64,000 nt of DNA from an uncultured bacterium. GTDB taxonomy: Bacteria > Verrucomicrobiota > Verrucomicrobiia > Verrucomicrobiales > DEV007. The stretch's first letter is position 1. Each line of letters begins with the position of its first letter. Shown piece by piece: positions 61,039 to 64,000 of this stretch. The notes under the pieces were generated by a model that ran no database searches, was not told the DNA's origin, and saw only the letters and a list, made by a program, of their open reading frames with translations. The stretch covers positions 56,252 to 120,251 of the forward strand of contig CAXBMO010000018.1 of the NCBI GenBank assembly GCA_963977015.1. Direction: 5' to 3'. The position numbers and the translations under genes are program-made.

Positions 61039-62559
61039 ATGACTTCCCGCTCTACGGATCTGCTTGCGCGATTGATCCTTTCCTTCCTGCTGGCAGCGAC
61101 GCCGCTTCTGGCTCAGAACGATGAACTTCCCGGCGGAGATGCTCCCGCGGAAGCTGACGAAAACGAGGAACGTGTTTTGCCGGGCGAGTCCGAGGATGAG
61201 TTTGGACTCAGGCAGGTGGAGATGCTCGCCACCGTCATTGAGCTGATTCGCCAAAATTACCACGATGAGGATCAGATCAGCTACGAGCGACTCATCAATA
61301 GCGCGCTCGAAGGCATGCTCGCCAACCTGGATCCTCACTGCCAGTTCATGCATCCGGAGTTGTTCGAGCAAATGAAGCGCGAGACGGATGGCACCTATGA
61401 GGGCGTCGGCATCACGATCGCGATGCGCAATGAAGTTCTGACCATCGTTGCCGTGCGCGAAGATGGCCCAGCCGCCCGCAATGGAGTGCTGCCCGGCGAT
61501 CAAATCATTAAGATCAACGAATTTCTGGCGGACAAACTCGGCCTTTCCGAAGCCATGCAGATGATGCGCGGCAAGCCGGGTCAAAAGCTGCAACTCACCC
61601 TGCGTCGCCCGGCCAACAACCAGCTTGTGGAGGTCGAGATGACCCGCGAAGTCATCCAGGAGTCCACCGTCAAGGACATCGCCCTGCTTGAGCCTCGCTA
61701 TTCCGGAGAGCGCAAAATCGGCTACATCCGGTTGACCCAGTTTAGTGAGCCAACCGTGAAAGAGATGGTGAACGGCCTCAATGAGCTGGAGAAACAGGGC
61801 ATGGAAGCGCTCGTGCTCGATCTGCGAAACAATCCGGGGGGATTGCTTTCCAGCGCCGTCAATACGTGCGGCGAATTCGTGTCGCCCGGAACGGTCGTCC
61901 TCACCACAGAAGGTCGGGAAGCAATCGCCAACACCAAAGTTTACCGCACCTCTCCCAATAAACGCCACACTCGCGACTACCCCCTGGCCATCCTCGTCAA
62001 TCACGGCAGCGCCAGTGGCGCGGAAGTGGTTTCCGGGGCGCTTCAAGACCTGCGCCGCGCGGTCATCGTTGGCGAAACAACGTTCGGCAAAGGGTCCGTT
62101 CAATCCATCATCCCGGTTCCAGCCGGCCAGGGCACCGCAATTCGCCTTACCACCGCCAAATACTACACGCCAAGCAAACGAACGATTCACGAGAATGGCG
62201 TGCATCCCAATATCGTCGCAACTCTCACTCCCACCGAGGAGCACAATCTGATGATGTGGTTTCGCCGCGACACCCTACCTCCGGCGGAAAAACGGAAGAT
62301 CGACGATTGGCATGATCGCCAACTCGCCCGCGCCGTGGATGCCCTGAAGGGCGCCCTGGTCTACGCCGAAGTATTTGCGCCCGCCCCCGTCATTCCCGAC
62401 AAACCGGCTGCCCCCGCGGAAGTCGAGGTCATGCGTCCGCCAACAGGCGCCGCTTCTGAGGAGACAACTCCTAACGATGCGCCACCACCTGCAGCGGAAC
62501 CTTCGCCCAACGATGCGGAAGGCGAAACCAAGCCGGAAGAGCCGACAGAAGAACCGTGA
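61039..62559 (+). CDS. ctpA: S41 carboxy-terminal processing protease
   Basis: LDPH, PDZ domain, LDLRNNPGG, SASGAE, TFGKGSVQ. Confidence 0.92.
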   Translation: MTSRSTDLLARLILSFLLAATPLLAQNDELPGGDAPAEADENEERVLPGESEDEFGLRQVEMLATVIELIRQNYHDEDQISYERLINSALEGMLANLDPHCQFMHPELFEQMKRETDGTYEGVGITIAMRNEVLTIVAVREDGPAARNGVLPGDQIIKINEFLADKLGLSEAMQMMRGKPGQKLQLTLRRPANNQLVEVEMTREVIQESTVKDIALLEPRYSGERKIGYIRLTQFSEPTVKEMVNGLNELEKQGMEALVLDLRNNPGGLLSSAVNTCGEFVSPGTVVLTTEGREAIANTKVYRTSPNKRHTRDYPLAILVNHGSASGAEVVSGALQDLRRAVIVGETTFGKGSVQSIIPVPAGQGTAIRLTTAKYYTPSKRTIHENGVHPNIVATLTPTEEHNLMMWFRRDTLPPAEKRKIDDWHDRQLARAVDALKGALVYAEVFAPAPVIPDKPAAPAEVEVMRPPTGAASEETTPNDAPPPAAEPSPNDAEGETKPEEPTEEP

Positions 62560-63575
62560 GCACCTCAGAACCAACGGTTCTGGCGATCGAATCTTCCTGC
62601 GACGAAACGGCCGTTGCCATCGTTTCCGGAAATGGCCGCGTTCTCTCCAGCAAGATTTCGTCCCAAATCGAACTGCATCGCCCCTTTGGCGGAGTGGTCC
62701 CGGAAGTAGCGTCTCGGAACCATAACGTCGTGCTTCGTCCCTTGCTGGACGCTGCTCTAGTGGAGGCAAAGGTCAATATCAGGGAAATCGATGCCTTTGC
62801 CGCAACCGCCGGGCCAGGTTTGGCGAGCTCGCTCCTGATCGGAAATACCGCGGCAAAGTCTCTGGCTCTCGCCTGTGGAAAGCCGTTTTACAGCATCAAC
62901 CATCTCGAAGGACACTTGCTGTCGCCATTCATGGAATCCGGATTGGAGATTCCCGCCTGCCTCGGACTGGTCGTCAGTGGAGGGCATACCATGCTCGTCG
63001 ATATCCGGAAATTTGACGACTATCGCCTGCTCGGCAAAACCAGGGATGACGCCGCCGGCGAAGCGTTCGACAAAGGAGCCAAGATGCTCGGCCTCCCCTA
63101 CCCGGGCGGCCCGGAAATCGACAAACTGGCCAAAACCGGAGATCCGAAGGCGTTTAAGTTTCCCCGGAGCATGCAGGAACGCGGAAACCTGGAATTCAGC
63201 TTCAGCGGTCTCAAGACCTCGCTCCTCTATCAGCTTCAGAAGTTAAGCGAGAACGAACGCCAGGACCGGCTTGCCGATCTCTGTGCCTCGTTTCAAGCCG
63301 CGATTGTCGACGTTTTGGTCAGGAAGACGATTGACGCAGCAAGGGCATCCAACCGCAGCCTGATCGCCGTGAGCGGCGGAGTCAGCTGCAACAGCAGTCT
63401 GCGAGCAGCCATGGCAAGTGCCGCCGAGAAAGCGGGATTGGAGCTGAGAATCGCCCCGGCCAATCTGTGCACCGACAACGCGTCGATGATTGGATTCGTC
63501 GGGATCCTCAAACTTCAGAGCCAATCACCGCCGTCTCCGCTTGATCGGGACATCGATCCCAACCTCGCCCTCTAG
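62556..63575 (+). CDS. tsaD: tRNA N6-threonylcarbamoyltransferase
   Basis: AIESSCDET, GGVVPE, NHLEGH, VSGGHT, DDAAGEAFDK, CTDNA. Confidence 0.97.
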   Translation: MSTSEPTVLAIESSCDETAVAIVSGNGRVLSSKISSQIELHRPFGGVVPEVASRNHNVVLRPLLDAALVEAKVNIREIDAFAATAGPGLASSLLIGNTAAKSLALACGKPFYSINHLEGHLLSPFMESGLEIPACLGLVVSGGHTMLVDIRKFDDYRLLGKTRDDAAGEAFDKGAKMLGLPYPGGPEIDKLAKTGDPKAFKFPRSMQERGNLEFSFSGLKTSLLYQLQKLSENERQDRLADLCASFQAAIVDVLVRKTIDAARASNRSLIAVSGGVSCNSSLRAAMASAAEKAGLELRIAPANLCTDNASMIGFVGILKLQSQSPPSPLDRDIDPNLAL

Positions 63576-63710
63576 GCGATCCGACACCGGTGGTTAGCGA
63601 GAGCCCACCACAGGACAGAATGCGCGGTTAACCCGAGTGGTTCTAGCGTCTGCGGAAAAGAAGATTGCATTTATTGTGACTAAAATGGCCTCTCTTTACC
63701 TCTAAAGAAT

Positions 63711-63812
63711 TAGTGGTGCTTCACCGTTCGTGAGGTGCCGCTAACCAACAACAACCTACCTCCTGGCCTGAAGGGCTCTCCGAGAACGCAGTCGGGGAGT
63801 CCTTCTTCCGTT
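63711..63812 (+). ncRNA. Candidate small RNA or structured leader (hairpin, CA-rich anti-SD linker, hairpin)
   Basis: 14-bp stem at 63711-63743, linker ACCAACAACAACCUACCUCCU, 14-bp stem at 63770-63805. Both stems use G-U pairs that favour the + strand. Confidence 0.45.
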
Positions 63813-64000
63813 GGTTGAGGGGACGTTTGAAAAAGAGGTCGAGACGCGCTGCGAGTGATTTTGTCGACTGGGAACGACGGATCGGGGCGGCGATGAGCCT
63901 TCTCACAAGCCCGAACCGCATTTCGAGCCGGGAAAAGCGCCGCATCTCAAGATCATGCGAAGCCAATCTTCAACAATGATGAACAACTTGCGCGTCCGTC

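Overview
This is a gene-dense bacterial window. Its gene content points to Verrucomicrobiota: a PVC-type heme CxxCH protein, DUF1552, an Amuc_1098-like secretin, an RpiB-GlyA fusion and LpxI. Most of it is housekeeping or envelope genes (rpiB-glyA, lpxI, msrB, prlC, lipB, ruvC, hscB-like/iscA-like, smpB, rpoZ, rmuC, rnd, rho, coaE, pyrG, kdsB, S41 protease, tsaD). I saw no mobile element, CRISPR array, rRNA or tRNA. Items the ORF track misses or splits: (1) a membrane-anchored AhpC/TSA-type selenoprotein candidate (38660-39442, minus) with an in-frame TGA in W-U-P-F-C, followed by an fdhF-like SECIS hairpin; (2) a 6S RNA gene with its promoter, a boxA-like leader and a terminator; (3) two candidate sRNAs built as hairpin, C-rich anti-SD-like linker, hairpin; (4) a 49-aa membrane peptide and a partial IclR gene. 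The most system-like locus is a co-oriented run at 15968-24128. It encodes a zinc-ribbon/Pro-rich bitopic protein, a large roadblock-like protein, MglA, MglB, ExbB, ExbD, a TonB-like protein and a small zinc-ribbon membrane protein. This parts list resembles the myxobacterial Mgl polarity switch coupled to an Agl/Glt-type motor. All family calls come from reading motifs by eye; no database searches or folding programs were run.
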